Part shown: piece after piece, positions 1 through 10,071 of the stretch
Layout of the letters: each line of letters opens with the position of its first letter
Numbering within the stretch: the first letter of the stretch is position 1
Assembly: GCA_003218975.1 (NCBI GenBank)
Contig: QHPD01000098.1
Span: 11,880 to 75,879 of the forward strand
Reading direction: 5' to 3'
DNA from: Verrucomicrobiota bacterium
GTDB taxonomy: Bacteria; Verrucomicrobiota; Verrucomicrobiia; Chthoniobacterales; UBA10450
Length of the DNA: 64,000 nucleotides
Translations under genes and position numbers: made by a program
The notes under the pieces: generated by a model
What the model was told of the DNA's origin: nothing
What the model saw: the letters and a program-made list of their open reading frames with translations, nothing else
Databases searched by the model: none

Positions 1-240
1 TACGACCGCGCGTTGCTCGAGTTTCTGAGCCTTTATGCAAATCGCCTGCGCCGGTGGATGGAGCAGAGCATCAACGGGCTGCGCAACGCGTTTAATGCGT
101 TCGCTGATCTGCACCGCGCGCACTTTGAAGCTGCGCCCTTCGCAGGGGGCTTCGCGGAGTCATCGACCATCCAAAACGACCTTCGGATTTTGCGCGACTG
201 GGACACTGCTGAGGCGGAGTCTCCGATTCGCAGCATCTGA
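1..240 (+). CDS. hypothetical protein, 3' end of a gene that begins left of the window
   Basis: Frame 1 is open from base 1 to the stop at 238-240. No recognisable motif. Confidence 0.3.
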   Translation, partial: YDRALLEFLSLYANRLRRWMEQSINGLRNAFNAFADLHRAHFEAAPFAGGFAESSTIQNDLRILRDWDTAEAESPIRSI

Positions 241-381
241 GCAGATTCAGCCTGCAATACTTGGACTGCGTTGATTGCCGTCTCACCAAGGATGGTAATC
301 CGGTCAATTGCCAATCGTGATCTCAATGCCATGCCTATTAGGCTTTAGCCCGGCGTTCGTTTGTGGTAGGTTTAAAATTCA

Positions 382-1416
382 ATGCACGGCGCGTTTTATC
401 AATCGGAAGCTGATCAGCCGCACCCAAGCCGGGCGCGGGCAATCATCAAAGCGCATCCGGAGGTTCGCCGGTTAATGACGCGCAATCCGTGGACTGCTCA
501 CATTGCCGTCTCAATCGTCATCCTGCAAACAGCGATCGCGTACGGAATGGGCACGCTTGGATTTGGTTACTGGTGGCTCAGTGTGCTCATCGCTTTTTGC
601 ATCGGCGCGTTCGCCAATCACGCCAACTACGTCATCATTCATGACGCGACACATAACCTGATTTTTCGGAACGCAAGCTGGAACAAAATGGTGGCCATCA
701 TAGCCGACCTTCCAAACCTCACTCCCGGCGCAATGGGATTTCGGGTTTATCACTTAAAACATCACTCGCACCAGGGCGACTATCAATATGATGCTGATCT
801 GGCGAATCATTGGGAGGCGCGACTGGTAGGCAATAAATGGTATCGGAAGGCGATTTGGCTCATGCTGTTTCCATTTTTTCAAGTGACCCGTCCGCCTCGG
901 CTGAAAGCGGTCAAGATGTGGGATCGGTGGTTCTTCATCAATTTCGCATGCGCAGCGGCTTATGATGCAGCGGTTGTTTATTTTTGCGGCTTGCCCGGGT
1001 TTCTTTATCTCGTATTCGCGTTTTTCTTTTCGATCGGCTTGCATCCGGTAGGTGCTCGCTGGATTCAGGAGCATTACACCTACGATTTCGACCAGGAGAC
1101 GTTCAGTTATTACGGACCAATCAATCGAGTGGCCCTAAACATGGGCTATCACAACGAGCACCATGATTTGCCGTCGATCCCATGGAACAAACTTCCGAAA
1201 TTGCGCGCCATGGCGCCGGAATTCTACGATAATCTGAAGTATCACACCTCATGGAGCCGATTGCTGTTGCAGTTTATTTTTGACAAGCGATACAGCCTCT
1301 ATTCGCGCGTTGAACGAATGAGAGAATCCAGCGACTGCGCGACTCAACCGGCTCCAGACACGACAACCAGTCAGAATGGCAGTCTTGATCTCAGTGCGAG
1401 GCCAATTAAGTTCTAA
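382..1416 (+). CDS. membrane fatty-acid desaturase family, sphingolipid (dihydroceramide) Delta4-desaturase-like
   Basis: Three His boxes (HDATHN, HLKHHSH, HNEHHDLPSIPW). The N-terminal segment (QPHPSRARAIIKAHPEVRRL) resembles the Lipid_DES domain of DEGS enzymes. Multiple TM segments. Confidence 0.8.
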   Translation: MHGAFYQSEADQPHPSRARAIIKAHPEVRRLMTRNPWTAHIAVSIVILQTAIAYGMGTLGFGYWWLSVLIAFCIGAFANHANYVIIHDATHNLIFRNASWNKMVAIIADLPNLTPGAMGFRVYHLKHHSHQGDYQYDADLANHWEARLVGNKWYRKAIWLMLFPFFQVTRPPRLKAVKMWDRWFFINFACAAAYDAAVVYFCGLPGFLYLVFAFFFSIGLHPVGARWIQEHYTYDFDQETFSYYGPINRVALNMGYHNEHHDLPSIPWNKLPKLRAMAPEFYDNLKYHTSWSRLLLQFIFDKRYSLYSRVERMRESSDCATQPAPDTTTSQNGSLDLSARPIKF

Positions 1417-1418
1417 TT

Positions 1419-2033
1419 ATGGCGGAGCGGCATTACATTTCGACGAAGAACGAAACCGTTCGAATGTTCAAAAGCGATTTCATGGAGTTTTTCTCACATG
1501 TGCATCCCGCTACGCCTTTGGTCCTCTACTTTCCGGTCGTCGGTTACATGCTTTACCTAGCGTTTTGGCAAAGCCGATTGTCGATTCTGGCCGTGGCCGG
1601 TTTGTTCCTGCTCGGTGTGCTGATCTGGACTCTGCTTGAATACATTATCCACCGGTACGTTTTTCATTATGAACCAAAGACCGCTCTGGGGAAACGATTG
1701 CACTACATTATTCACGGCGTTCATCACGATTATCCCAACGATGCCCGGCGTTTGGTCATGCCGCCGAGCATCAGCATTCCGGTTGCGATCTTATTTTGGG
1801 CGCTCTTTGCCATTAGCCTTGGCCGGTTCGCGCCGGCCCTCTCCGCTGGATTTGGATTTGGCTACGTTTGCTACGACTCGATCCATTACGCGATCCATCA
1901 CTTCGAGATGAAACGGGGGGTGTGGCTTTGGCTGAAACAGTATCATCTCCGCCATCATTACAAAGATGATCACGTTGGATATGGCATCAGCTCCCCGCTT
2001 TGGGATTACGTTTTTGGGACAACGCGGAAATAG
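1419..2033 (+). CDS. fatty acid hydroxylase superfamily, FA2H/Scs7-like sphingolipid alpha-hydroxylase
   Basis: His boxes HRYVFH, HGVHHDYPND..RLVMPP, YDSIHYAIHH, YHLRHHYKD..GYGISSPLWDYVFGT match the FA2H/Scs7 pattern. Starts 3 nt after the desaturase stop. Confidence 0.8.
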   Translation: MAERHYISTKNETVRMFKSDFMEFFSHVHPATPLVLYFPVVGYMLYLAFWQSRLSILAVAGLFLLGVLIWTLLEYIIHRYVFHYEPKTALGKRLHYIIHGVHHDYPNDARRLVMPPSISIPVAILFWALFAISLGRFAPALSAGFGFGYVCYDSIHYAIHHFEMKRGVWLWLKQYHLRHHYKDDHVGYGISSPLWDYVFGTTRK

Positions 2034-2091
2034 CGTTGGGCTCTCGAAATTGGGGTGCTCGGGGATGAGGCGAGCCAAGTGCACTAAACTC

Positions 2092-2119
2092 TTGTCCCAA
2101 ATCCGAAAATTAGTAGAAT
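2092..2119 (+). promoter_or_regulatory. candidate sigma70-like promoter upstream of the SPT-like gene
   Basis: TTGTCC (2092-2097), 16-nt spacer, TAGAAT (2114-2119), about 100 nt upstream of the 2216 start. Confidence 0.25.
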
Positions 2120-2215
2120 AGCTGCCCCGATACGGAACTTCCAGCATGCAAATTGGGCCGAGCCCTTTAGGGCGTGGCAAAATGCACCTGAAAGCGCCTT
2201 AAGGATTGATTTTCA

Positions 2216-3496
2216 ATGAGCGGCAATTTGAATCGGCAACTGTCGGCGCAGGAGTTCGACGCGAAACTAAGTCTGGCTGATTTCATAGTAGGCGACAGCG
2301 ATGATCCGCTGGTGCCGCCACTGGCATTTACACAATGGCGCCAAGCCGGTGCCTGGGAGGCCACGCTTTACGAACCGGAGTTGCTCGCCACGGCAGATGC
2401 TCGGACGACGATCAATTACGAAGGGAAACCGCGTTCGGTCATCAATCTTTGCTCATACAATTATCTTGGGCTTGCCAATCATCCTGAGGTGCTGGCTGCC
2501 GCGCACGAGGCGCTCAGGACCCACGGAATGGGGGCATGTGGTTCGCCGTTGCTCTCAGGAATGACCGATCTTCACAGGGAACTGGAACGTCGTGTGGCAA
2601 AATTTCTCGGCCGCGAGGATGCGATGTTGTTTAGCAGTGGCTTCGGTGGTGCGCTCGGAACTATCTCCGGTCTCTTACGCAAGACCGACGTTGCGATCCT
2701 GGATAACCGATCGCACTTGAGCCTGCGCGACGGCGCCGTGCTTTCGCGCTCGCGCGTCGATCGCTTCGAGCACAACGATCCGGCTTCGCTCGATGCAGCG
2801 CTCAGCCGGAGAAAAGGCAAACGGCAGCTTGTCATCGTTGAAGGCATTTATTCGATGGATGGAGATTTTGCCAGTCTGGACGGATTGCTCGACGCCGCCG
2901 AGTCACACCACGCGAGTGTCTTCATTGATGAAGCGCACTCGATGCTGGCCTGCGGGGCACATGGGAGGGGCGCGGCTGAACACTTCGGCGTTGAAGGACG
3001 GATTCCGCTCGTCTACGGCACTTTCTCAAAGGCGTTCGGCGCGCTCGGCGGTTTTGTCACCGGCCCGGTCCAGACATTGGATTACTTGAGATATTACGCG
3101 CATCCCTACGCGTACTCCTGCGCCTTGCCTCCCGCGATCGTCGCCGCGGTTTTGGAGGCGCTGGAAATCGCCGGGCGCGAACCGGGCCTGCGTGATCGGC
3201 TTTGGTCGAACGCGAACTATTTCCGGGAGCACTTGAACGCGATCGGGATCGACACCGGGGCGTCGAGCACTTACATCATGCCGCTCGTTGTCGGCGATCG
3301 GGCACGAATGTACCAATTGGGTCATGAATTGCGCCGCTGCGGCCTCTTCGTCGCGCCGGTTGATTTTCCCGCCGTGCCCGAAGACCGCATCTGTTTTCGC
3401 GCCTGTGTGACGGCCAACCATACACGCGAGGATCTGGACGAAGCGCTCAATATTCTCGAGGACACACTCGTTCCAACAACGCTACAGAACGCTTGA
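2216..3496 (+). CDS. spt: alpha-oxoamine synthase (PLP), serine palmitoyltransferase-like
   Basis: AOS-family pattern with NYLGL, SGFGG, DEAHS and the PLP-lysine context GTFSKAFGALGG. SPT assignment comes from the sphingolipid gene context. Confidence 0.8.
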   Translation: MSGNLNRQLSAQEFDAKLSLADFIVGDSDDPLVPPLAFTQWRQAGAWEATLYEPELLATADARTTINYEGKPRSVINLCSYNYLGLANHPEVLAAAHEALRTHGMGACGSPLLSGMTDLHRELERRVAKFLGREDAMLFSSGFGGALGTISGLLRKTDVAILDNRSHLSLRDGAVLSRSRVDRFEHNDPASLDAALSRRKGKRQLVIVEGIYSMDGDFASLDGLLDAAESHHASVFIDEAHSMLACGAHGRGAAEHFGVEGRIPLVYGTFSKAFGALGGFVTGPVQTLDYLRYYAHPYAYSCALPPAIVAAVLEALEIAGREPGLRDRLWSNANYFREHLNAIGIDTGASSTYIMPLVVGDRARMYQLGHELRRCGLFVAPVDFPAVPEDRICFRACVTANHTREDLDEALNILEDTLVPTTLQNA

Positions 3497-4449
3497 GTGG
3501 GCAGCGTCTGAGCCTAATGCCGGAACAAATCGAGTCAGCGCCCACTCTCGAGGCCACTTACAAGGCACCCGAGGTCGAGGGAGTGCTCGATCTCTATTTT
3601 TATCGGCCAATAGGATTCCGGCTGGCTCAGTTTTTCGAGAGGCTCAAAATGACACCGGCAGGCGTGACTTTGTTCGCCGGCCTCTTCGGAATCGTTGCGG
3701 GTCATCTCTATTTTTATCGGAATTTGCGCGTCAACATCGTGGGGATGGCACTCCACGTTTGCGCTAATGCGCTCGACAACGCCGACGGTCAGCTCGCCCG
3801 CCTGACTCATCGCGAGACCCGCGAAGGCCGCATTATTGACAGCCTTGCCGATCACATTGGCTTCCTGAGTATTTACGTCCATTTGACTCTCCGTTACCTC
3901 GCCGAGGGTTCATCGCCTGCAATCTGTCTTGTTGCTATGGCGGCCGGGATCAGTCACGCATTGCAAGGCGCCGCGGCTGATTATTACCGCAGCACGTATC
4001 TTTATTTTGTCACGAACCGAGCGCGCATGGGATTGGATTCCGCCGCTGTTCTGCGATCCGATTACCAGGAGCTAAGTTGGCGTTCCAAGCCCTGGAACAA
4101 GTTCCTGCTCGCATTGTATTTGAACTTTACTCGCCAACAGGAAATGCTTGCGCCGCAGCTGAAAAAGTTGCGCGATGCAACCAGCCAACTGTTCCACGGT
4201 GAAATCCCAGACTGGTTAAGGACGCGTTATCGAAACCTAGCGAGCCCGACGTTGAAATGGTGGGGTCTCTTGATGACGAACTCACGGATGTTGGTTTTGT
4301 TTGCTTTGCTGTTCATCGGCCAGCCGATTTACTATTTCTGGTTCGAACTCATCCCGCTTAATCTTCTGCTCGTCTATCTGATTACTCGCCAGGAACACAT
4401 GGCTGAATCGCTGTTGGAAGTTACCGAGCAATGGGGAAATTCCGCGTAA
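3493..4449 (+). CDS. CDP-alcohol phosphotransferase family membrane protein
   Basis: Perfect D-x2-DG-x2-AR-x8-G-x3-D-x3-D motif (DNADGQLARLTHRETREGRIIDSLAD). Polytopic. Start overlaps the spt stop (TTGA); an ATG at 3517 is the alternative start. Confidence 0.85.
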   Translation: MSGQRLSLMPEQIESAPTLEATYKAPEVEGVLDLYFYRPIGFRLAQFFERLKMTPAGVTLFAGLFGIVAGHLYFYRNLRVNIVGMALHVCANALDNADGQLARLTHRETREGRIIDSLADHIGFLSIYVHLTLRYLAEGSSPAICLVAMAAGISHALQGAAADYYRSTYLYFVTNRARMGLDSAAVLRSDYQELSWRSKPWNKFLLALYLNFTRQQEMLAPQLKKLRDATSQLFHGEIPDWLRTRYRNLASPTLKWWGLLMTNSRMLVLFALLFIGQPIYYFWFELIPLNLLLVYLITRQEHMAESLLEVTEQWGNSA

Positions 4450-4464
4450 GTCGATTTTCTATTC

Positions 4465-5595
4465 GTGTCGAATATTGAAGTTTCAGAAGTCGGCTCGCGC
4501 CGGGATCGCGATGCGTTCATCAAATTTCAATGGCAAATTTACGCCAATGATCCGGCGTGGGTTCCGCCGTTAATCATCGAGCGAAAGGCCTTCCTCGACC
4601 GCAAGCGGCATCCGTTTTACCAGCACGGTGACGCCGCATTGTTTCTCGCGCGGCAAAACGGTGAAATCGTTGGCCGGATCATGGCGAGCGATGATCCGAA
4701 TTACAATTCGCTGCACGAGACGAATGTCGGTTGTTTTGGACTCTTCGAATGCGTGAATGACCGTGACATAGCTGCTGCGCTCTTTGATGCGGCGACCGCT
4801 TGGCTGCGAAAAAAAGGCCGAAGCGAGATCATGGGCCCGATCGATTATTCAACCAATTATGTCTGCGGCCTGTTGATCGACGGATTCCAGTTTCCCCCCA
4901 CGATCTTGACCGCGCATAATCCGCCGTACTACAGAGAGCTGATCGAGAGCTGCGGCTTCACAAAAGTCAAAGATTGGTACGCGTGGTGGTTCGCTGATCC
5001 GTCAAGAGCCGTGGTGCATTTGCGGCAACTCGCCGCGCGGTTTCGCAGGCGCTGGCCTGTCACGATTCGCCCGGCTAATCTCAAAAATCTCCGCGACGAA
5101 AGCAGACGGCTTCGCGAAATCTACAATCAAGCGTGGGAAAAAAACTGGGGCTTTGTTCCCTTTACCGAGGCTGAGTTCGATCACCTCGCGCACGAGATGA
5201 AGCCGCTCATCGTGCCGCAGGCAACGTTGCTCGCGGAAATTGGCGACAAGCCGGTCGGCTTCGTCATCGGCGTGCCCGACATCAACGTCGCCCTCCGGCG
5301 GATCAACGGACGATTGACCCGTTTTGGTTTTCCCATCGGCTTGATCAAATTGCTGTTCTACAAGCGACGCATCCGAAAAGGCCGCCTGATTGCTCTAGGT
5401 GTAGTCGAGAAATATCGTCGTGCCGGAATCGCCGAGATGCTGGTGTTACGCGTAATGGAAGAAACAATGGTCAAACGGGGGTTCACCGGCGAACTAAGCA
5501 TGACGCTCGAGGACAATTTTATGATCAACCGTTTCCTCGAAGCGATCGGCGCGCGGCGTTACAAAACGTATCGCACCTATGGCAAGAATCTGTAG
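4465..5595 (+). CDS. GNAT-fold N-acyltransferase, candidate bacterial ceramide synthase
   Basis: C-terminal GNAT motif A region (LIALGVVEKYRRAGIAEMLV) and a two-lobed, about 376 aa architecture. The ceramide-synthase role is inferred from context only. Confidence 0.5.
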   Translation: MSNIEVSEVGSRRDRDAFIKFQWQIYANDPAWVPPLIIERKAFLDRKRHPFYQHGDAALFLARQNGEIVGRIMASDDPNYNSLHETNVGCFGLFECVNDRDIAAALFDAATAWLRKKGRSEIMGPIDYSTNYVCGLLIDGFQFPPTILTAHNPPYYRELIESCGFTKVKDWYAWWFADPSRAVVHLRQLAARFRRRWPVTIRPANLKNLRDESRRLREIYNQAWEKNWGFVPFTEAEFDHLAHEMKPLIVPQATLLAEIGDKPVGFVIGVPDINVALRRINGRLTRFGFPIGLIKLLFYKRRIRKGRLIALGVVEKYRRAGIAEMLVLRVMEETMVKRGFTGELSMTLEDNFMINRFLEAIGARRYKTYRTYGKNL

Positions 5596-5626
5596 GGGAA
5601 CAGTCTGCTTCTCTCAGGGATGAAAC

Positions 5627-6730
5627 TCAGCGGTCGCGCTCGCCGCGGATGAATTGCTCAACGCAGCGATAGGCTTCGTCGTCGGTCATTTGCACGGGCG
5701 GATGCTTGGAGAAGTATGCGGAAGCCGAATGCAACACGCCGCCGATGCCGCGATCGAGTGCGAGCTTGCAGCAGCGGACGGCGTCGATCGCTACGCCGGC
5801 CGAGTTTGGCGAATCTTCCACCGAAAGTTTCACGTCGATTTCCATTGGCACATCGCCAAAGAGTCGGCCTTCCACGCGGATGAAGGCAATTTTGTTGTCG
5901 AGCTGCCACGGTACGTAATCGCTCGGGCCAATGTGGATATTTTCATCCGCCAGACGCTCGCTCATCACAGATTGGACGGCTTCGGTCTTTGAAGTTTTCT
6001 TCGACGCTAGCCGGGTGCGATTGAGCATGTTCAGGAAATCGGTGTTGCCGCCAGTGTTCAACTGATAGGTACGCACCATTCTAACGCCGCGCTTGCGAAA
6101 AAGGTCCACCAGCGCCCGATGCAGGATGGTGGCGCCCATTTGCGCTTTGATGTCGTCTCCGATGACCGGCAAATTTCTGTCGGCAAAACGCTTTGCCCAT
6201 GTTGGATCGCTCGCGATGAAAACAGGGATGTTATTGACGAAACCAAGTCCGGCTTCCAACGCGCAGCTGGCGTAGAAGCGGGTCGCCTCCTCCGAGCCAA
6301 CCGGGAGATAATTGACCATCAGCTCTGCGGAGGAGTTCTTCAATTCGGCGATGATCTGTTCGCGAGTGGATTCTTTCTCCAGCGGCAGGAACGTGCGCAA
6401 CGGGTCCTGGTCGCGCATGTGAGGAGCGAATCCGTCCAAAACGCAGCCCATTTTCACGATGGCTCCTGTGAGTTTGACCTTGTCGCAGAAAACCTTTGTG
6501 CAATTGGGCGGCGAAAAAATCGCCTTACTCACGTCAAGACCGACTTTACGCCTGTCAATGTCAAAAGCAGACACGACTTCGATATCGCCCGGCCGGTACG
6601 AGGCGATCTGGCGATGCATCAACCCGATGCCAGTGTCGTTGGCTGAGGAGCCGTCATAAAAATTTATCCCCTGAACAAGAGAGTTGGCGCAGTTTCCAAC
6701 CCCAACGATGGCGATTCTTATTTTTCTCAT
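5627..6730 (-). CDS. ino1: myo-inositol-1-phosphate synthase (inositol-3-phosphate synthase)
   Basis: N-terminal Rossmann signature KIRIAIVGVGNCANSLVQGI. Length and overall pattern are typical of bacterial/archaeal MIPS. Confidence 0.85.
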   Translation of the reverse strand: MRKIRIAIVGVGNCANSLVQGINFYDGSSANDTGIGLMHRQIASYRPGDIEVVSAFDIDRRKVGLDVSKAIFSPPNCTKVFCDKVKLTGAIVKMGCVLDGFAPHMRDQDPLRTFLPLEKESTREQIIAELKNSSAELMVNYLPVGSEEATRFYASCALEAGLGFVNNIPVFIASDPTWAKRFADRNLPVIGDDIKAQMGATILHRALVDLFRKRGVRMVRTYQLNTGGNTDFLNMLNRTRLASKKTSKTEAVQSVMSERLADENIHIGPSDYVPWQLDNKIAFIRVEGRLFGDVPMEIDVKLSVEDSPNSAGVAIDAVRCCKLALDRGIGGVLHSASAYFSKHPPVQMTDDEAYRCVEQFIRGERDR

Positions 6731-6943
6731 TTCTAAATTGTTAAAGCTGAAAAGCTATCTGAATTAGATTATTCGTAGCAAGACACAAATCAGGCCGCTT
6801 CAACCACAATAGTTGTACCTGTCTGCAGCAGCTGCGAGTATTGCAAGCGCGGAATGTGTCCGAAGTCGCGCCGGGTTGCAAGAACTGATATAAGGGGAAA
6901 ATTCACGGGCATTCTTGGTTGCAAAGAAGGCCCTTGCAAAGAG

Positions 6944-8347
6944 ATGGACCAAATGCGCTTGAAGTTCGCGGCAATCGCCACGTTGATCGCTGCCGCTGCG
7001 CCCGCTTCTATCCAGGCAGCGATCCCCACCTACACCATTGAACAAGCCGTCGCAGTCGCCGAGGCGCACAATCCTGAAATCGCGATTGCGCGGAAAAAAG
7101 TGCAAGGAGCGCGCGGCGGCTTCGTTGAAGCGCGCTCAGGATTTCTACCTTCGTTAACCTCGAGCGGGCTGTACGATAAACGGCAGCAGCAGAGCGAAAC
7201 CCGGCTGCGGAGCGAAGATTACAATGCGACACTGCGACTCGAACAGAATCTTTACACTGGCGGAGCAGTAACCAGCCAGGTGGCAATCGCGCGTTTAAAT
7301 ATTGAGAAGCAGAACTATGAGTTGCAGGAGACTGCCGGTCGGGTGGCAATGGATGTGCGGATCGCGTTTAACGAACTTCTCCTGAATCGGGCGAAGGTGC
7401 GGGTGCGTGAAGATTCGGTCCGCGTTCTCGACGAGGAACTCAAGAGCCAGCAGCAAAGTTTTAGCGCCGGTATTGTTGGTAAATTAAACGTGCAACGCGC
7501 GGAAGTGGCGCTGGCCAACGAGCAGCCGGAACTTTTCAACGCCCAAACGCAATTGAAAAATTCCTACCTCCGGCTCGGCGACCTTTTTGGCGGAGACGCC
7601 CGTCCTGGAACTGAGGCGGCGCGCTTTGAGGTTTCGGGAGAATTGCAATATCAACCAAATCATCCCGATCTGAACGACTGCCTGGCCAGGGCCAATGCAA
7701 ATCGAGCGGTAATTAAATCCCGGCAGAAGGATATCGAGATCGAGGACCAGCAATATGTTCTGGACCGGAGCGAGCTGCGGCCGCATGTCCGAGCTTTTTC
7801 CGGGTACGAGGTTTACAGCGAGCGTGATCCGGAGGTCGGTCAAGAATTCAATTACGGGGGTGTGGTGGGGATAAACGCGACGTGGAACATATTTGATGGG
7901 TTTGCCGCCAAGGGGCGCATGCAAGCCACCCGCGCCCGGCGCGAAGCAGCCGTGCAGGCGTTGGCGGCTGCTCGGCGCGCCGTCGCCTCGGAAGTACGCA
8001 GTGCATTTTTTGATCTCCAACAGGCTGAACGGGTGCTCGAAACAGAGACAAGTAACGTTCAGGCCGCAGATGAAGCTCTCGAGATTGCCAAAAGCAATTT
8101 CGCCGCCGGATTGGGAACACAACTCGACATCCTGCAAGCAGCCTCTGATGTCACTCGGACGCGCACGACTCGACTAAGCGCAATTTACCTGCACAACGTG
8201 GCTCTTGCGCGTCTCGCCCACGCCTGCGCCAGCTCGGCGGAAGCACTCAATTTCGGATCAAAAATGAAAAACGCGAAGAACGACGCTCGTAATGCAGCAC
8301 AGGCTGCCGATCTGGCGCGTCCGCCCGCAAAATTAAGCCAGCGATGA
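6944..8347 (+). CDS. TolC-family outer membrane efflux protein
   Basis: Signal peptide (MDQMRLKFAAIATLIAAAAPASIQA) followed by the OEP repeat pattern (IEQAVAVAEAHNPEIAIARKKV...). The ORF extends upstream to 6854, but ATG 6944 precedes the signal peptide. Confidence 0.8.
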   Translation: MDQMRLKFAAIATLIAAAAPASIQAAIPTYTIEQAVAVAEAHNPEIAIARKKVQGARGGFVEARSGFLPSLTSSGLYDKRQQQSETRLRSEDYNATLRLEQNLYTGGAVTSQVAIARLNIEKQNYELQETAGRVAMDVRIAFNELLLNRAKVRVREDSVRVLDEELKSQQQSFSAGIVGKLNVQRAEVALANEQPELFNAQTQLKNSYLRLGDLFGGDARPGTEAARFEVSGELQYQPNHPDLNDCLARANANRAVIKSRQKDIEIEDQQYVLDRSELRPHVRAFSGYEVYSERDPEVGQEFNYGGVVGINATWNIFDGFAAKGRMQATRARREAAVQALAAARRAVASEVRSAFFDLQQAERVLETETSNVQAADEALEIAKSNFAAGLGTQLDILQAASDVTRTRTTRLSAIYLHNVALARLAHACASSAEALNFGSKMKNAKNDARNAAQAADLARPPAKLSQR

Positions 8348-9816
8348 AGCGACGTCTTTTATTTCCGCGGAGTATGTACGGTCAACCTGTAGCGGTCGCT
8401 GTGTGGGCGACGCGACGCGCGCGTGTTAAACGCATCAGCACCGCGCTTCCCACAGCGAAGCCGCTACAACAAACGCGAAGCGCCAATGTGAAAGACACGC
8501 ACGTACGTCTTGGCCTCGTCATCACGATTTTGATGGCCTGTTTTGCATGTCCAGCCGACGCCATCACCCTGGAGACCGTTCTGCAAACTACTCTGGAAAA
8601 AAATCCGGCCATTCAGGAAGCGAAATCAGGCCTGGAACAGGCGGCCGGACAGCGTCTCGTTTTTCGTTCCATTGTTTGGCCCCACGCCGAATTGGGCGTG
8701 CCGGCCGGTGTTCAGGTCGGCCACCGGGCTGGTGAGAGCGGAGTAAAAGGGTTCGGCCTGGGGCGCGGCGCCTTGACGCAGACTTTGTTCCACGTAGCTG
8801 TGCCGCCGTCGCTCCGACGTGGAGACGTCGAAATCTTGATTGCACAACAGCAACTGAATGTTGCAGTAGTGGAGCAGCTTCACGCTGCGCGCCTGGCGTT
8901 TTACGCGGCGCTCTATAATCGGTCGCTGGAGTCCATCCGGGGCGAACAACAGCGACGGCTGCAAGAGAATGTGGCTACGCAGAAAACTCGCTACGAAGCC
9001 GGACTCGCCGATCGGAGCGCGTTCACAAGCGCTACTGTCCAAGCCTCTGAGCTGGATCCAGAAATTGAAAGCGCGCATCGGGCGTATCTGGGCGCGCAAT
9101 TGAAATTGGCCGAGGCGATGGCGATCGATGCTGCGAAGAGATCGTTGCCAGAGCCCGACGGCGAGCTGCAGTTTGCCCCGATGCGCACGGATGTTGATTC
9201 CGAAACAGCGGCGGCTTTAGAGAGGAGAGCCGATCTTAAACTCGCGCGTTTGTTGGTGCGCTCCGCCAACGAAGATCAACGGATCATCGAAGCTGGCTAT
9301 TACCCTGCGGTGATCGGAAGCATTTCAGGCGAGTACGTCCCAGTCACAGGAATTCATCGCGAAGGCTCAACGAGCAGGAACCAGGATTTTATTGGGTCAG
9401 AAATTCGCGAGAAGGCCGCGTACACGTGGCGGGTCGTCGATAATGGCAAAGTGGGAGGCGCAGTTCTCAGGGCGCGCTCGGCGCGCGAGATAAACGAACT
9501 GACCTGCCGGAAGCTGGAGGCGAATGTCCCTCGCGAGCTCTCGCGTATCGCGAACGATCTTAAGACAACGGAGGTTCGCGAAAGATCGCTCGCCGCCGCC
9601 ACAGCCGCTGCGGAAGAGAGTGCACGTATCGTACAGCAAAATCTGACCAGCGGCTTGGCGTCCCCCCTCGAATACCGCATTACACAAAATGGCTTTTTGC
9701 AGACTAAAAGCGGATTGTTAGATGCGATCTATCAACACAATCTCGCCGTTGCCGAGTGGGACCGCGCCACGGGGCGTTATTTTCAATTTTCCGACGACAC
9801 CACAAGATCGCAGTAG
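8344..9816 (+). CDS. second TolC-like outer membrane efflux protein
   Basis: OEP-like N-terminus (ITLETVLQTTLEKNPAIQEAKSG) and coiled-coil-rich repeats. ATGA overlap with the upstream TolC gene. About 50 aa precede the signal-like segment, so the true start may be internal. Confidence 0.7.
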   Translation: MKRRLLFPRSMYGQPVAVAVWATRRARVKRISTALPTAKPLQQTRSANVKDTHVRLGLVITILMACFACPADAITLETVLQTTLEKNPAIQEAKSGLEQAAGQRLVFRSIVWPHAELGVPAGVQVGHRAGESGVKGFGLGRGALTQTLFHVAVPPSLRRGDVEILIAQQQLNVAVVEQLHAARLAFYAALYNRSLESIRGEQQRRLQENVATQKTRYEAGLADRSAFTSATVQASELDPEIESAHRAYLGAQLKLAEAMAIDAAKRSLPEPDGELQFAPMRTDVDSETAAALERRADLKLARLLVRSANEDQRIIEAGYYPAVIGSISGEYVPVTGIHREGSTSRNQDFIGSEIREKAAYTWRVVDNGKVGGAVLRARSAREINELTCRKLEANVPRELSRIANDLKTTEVRERSLAAATAAAEESARIVQQNLTSGLASPLEYRITQNGFLQTKSGLLDAIYQHNLAVAEWDRATGRYFQFSDDTTRSQ

Positions 9817-9840
9817 ATGCAGCAACCAGAACCGAAGGGC

Positions 9841-9864
9841 TGTAGCGGCAGCCGTGTCGGCTGC
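9841..9864. repeat. REP-like hairpin element TGTAGCGGCAGCCGTGTCGGCTGC
   Basis: Perfect 7-bp stem GCAGCCG/CGGCTGC with loop TGT. A second copy with one mismatch lies at 40581-40604. Confidence 0.7.
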
Positions 9865-10071
9865 GTTCCTACTCTGTGCGCTGCCGTTCGCTAGGCTCCA
9901 AGCATATGGCGTGGAGCGCGGCGGCCAGGGCGGTCGTGTCGCCCTACCATCTGGCGCCTAATTGTTCGTCCCTGATCGAACGAGAGTTTCTGCTGTGGTG
10001 TCTTGCAATGATGTTCGAGAACATCTGCTAAAAGGCGAAGATGCGAATAAAAACGCTCGGGCAGCGGTTTA

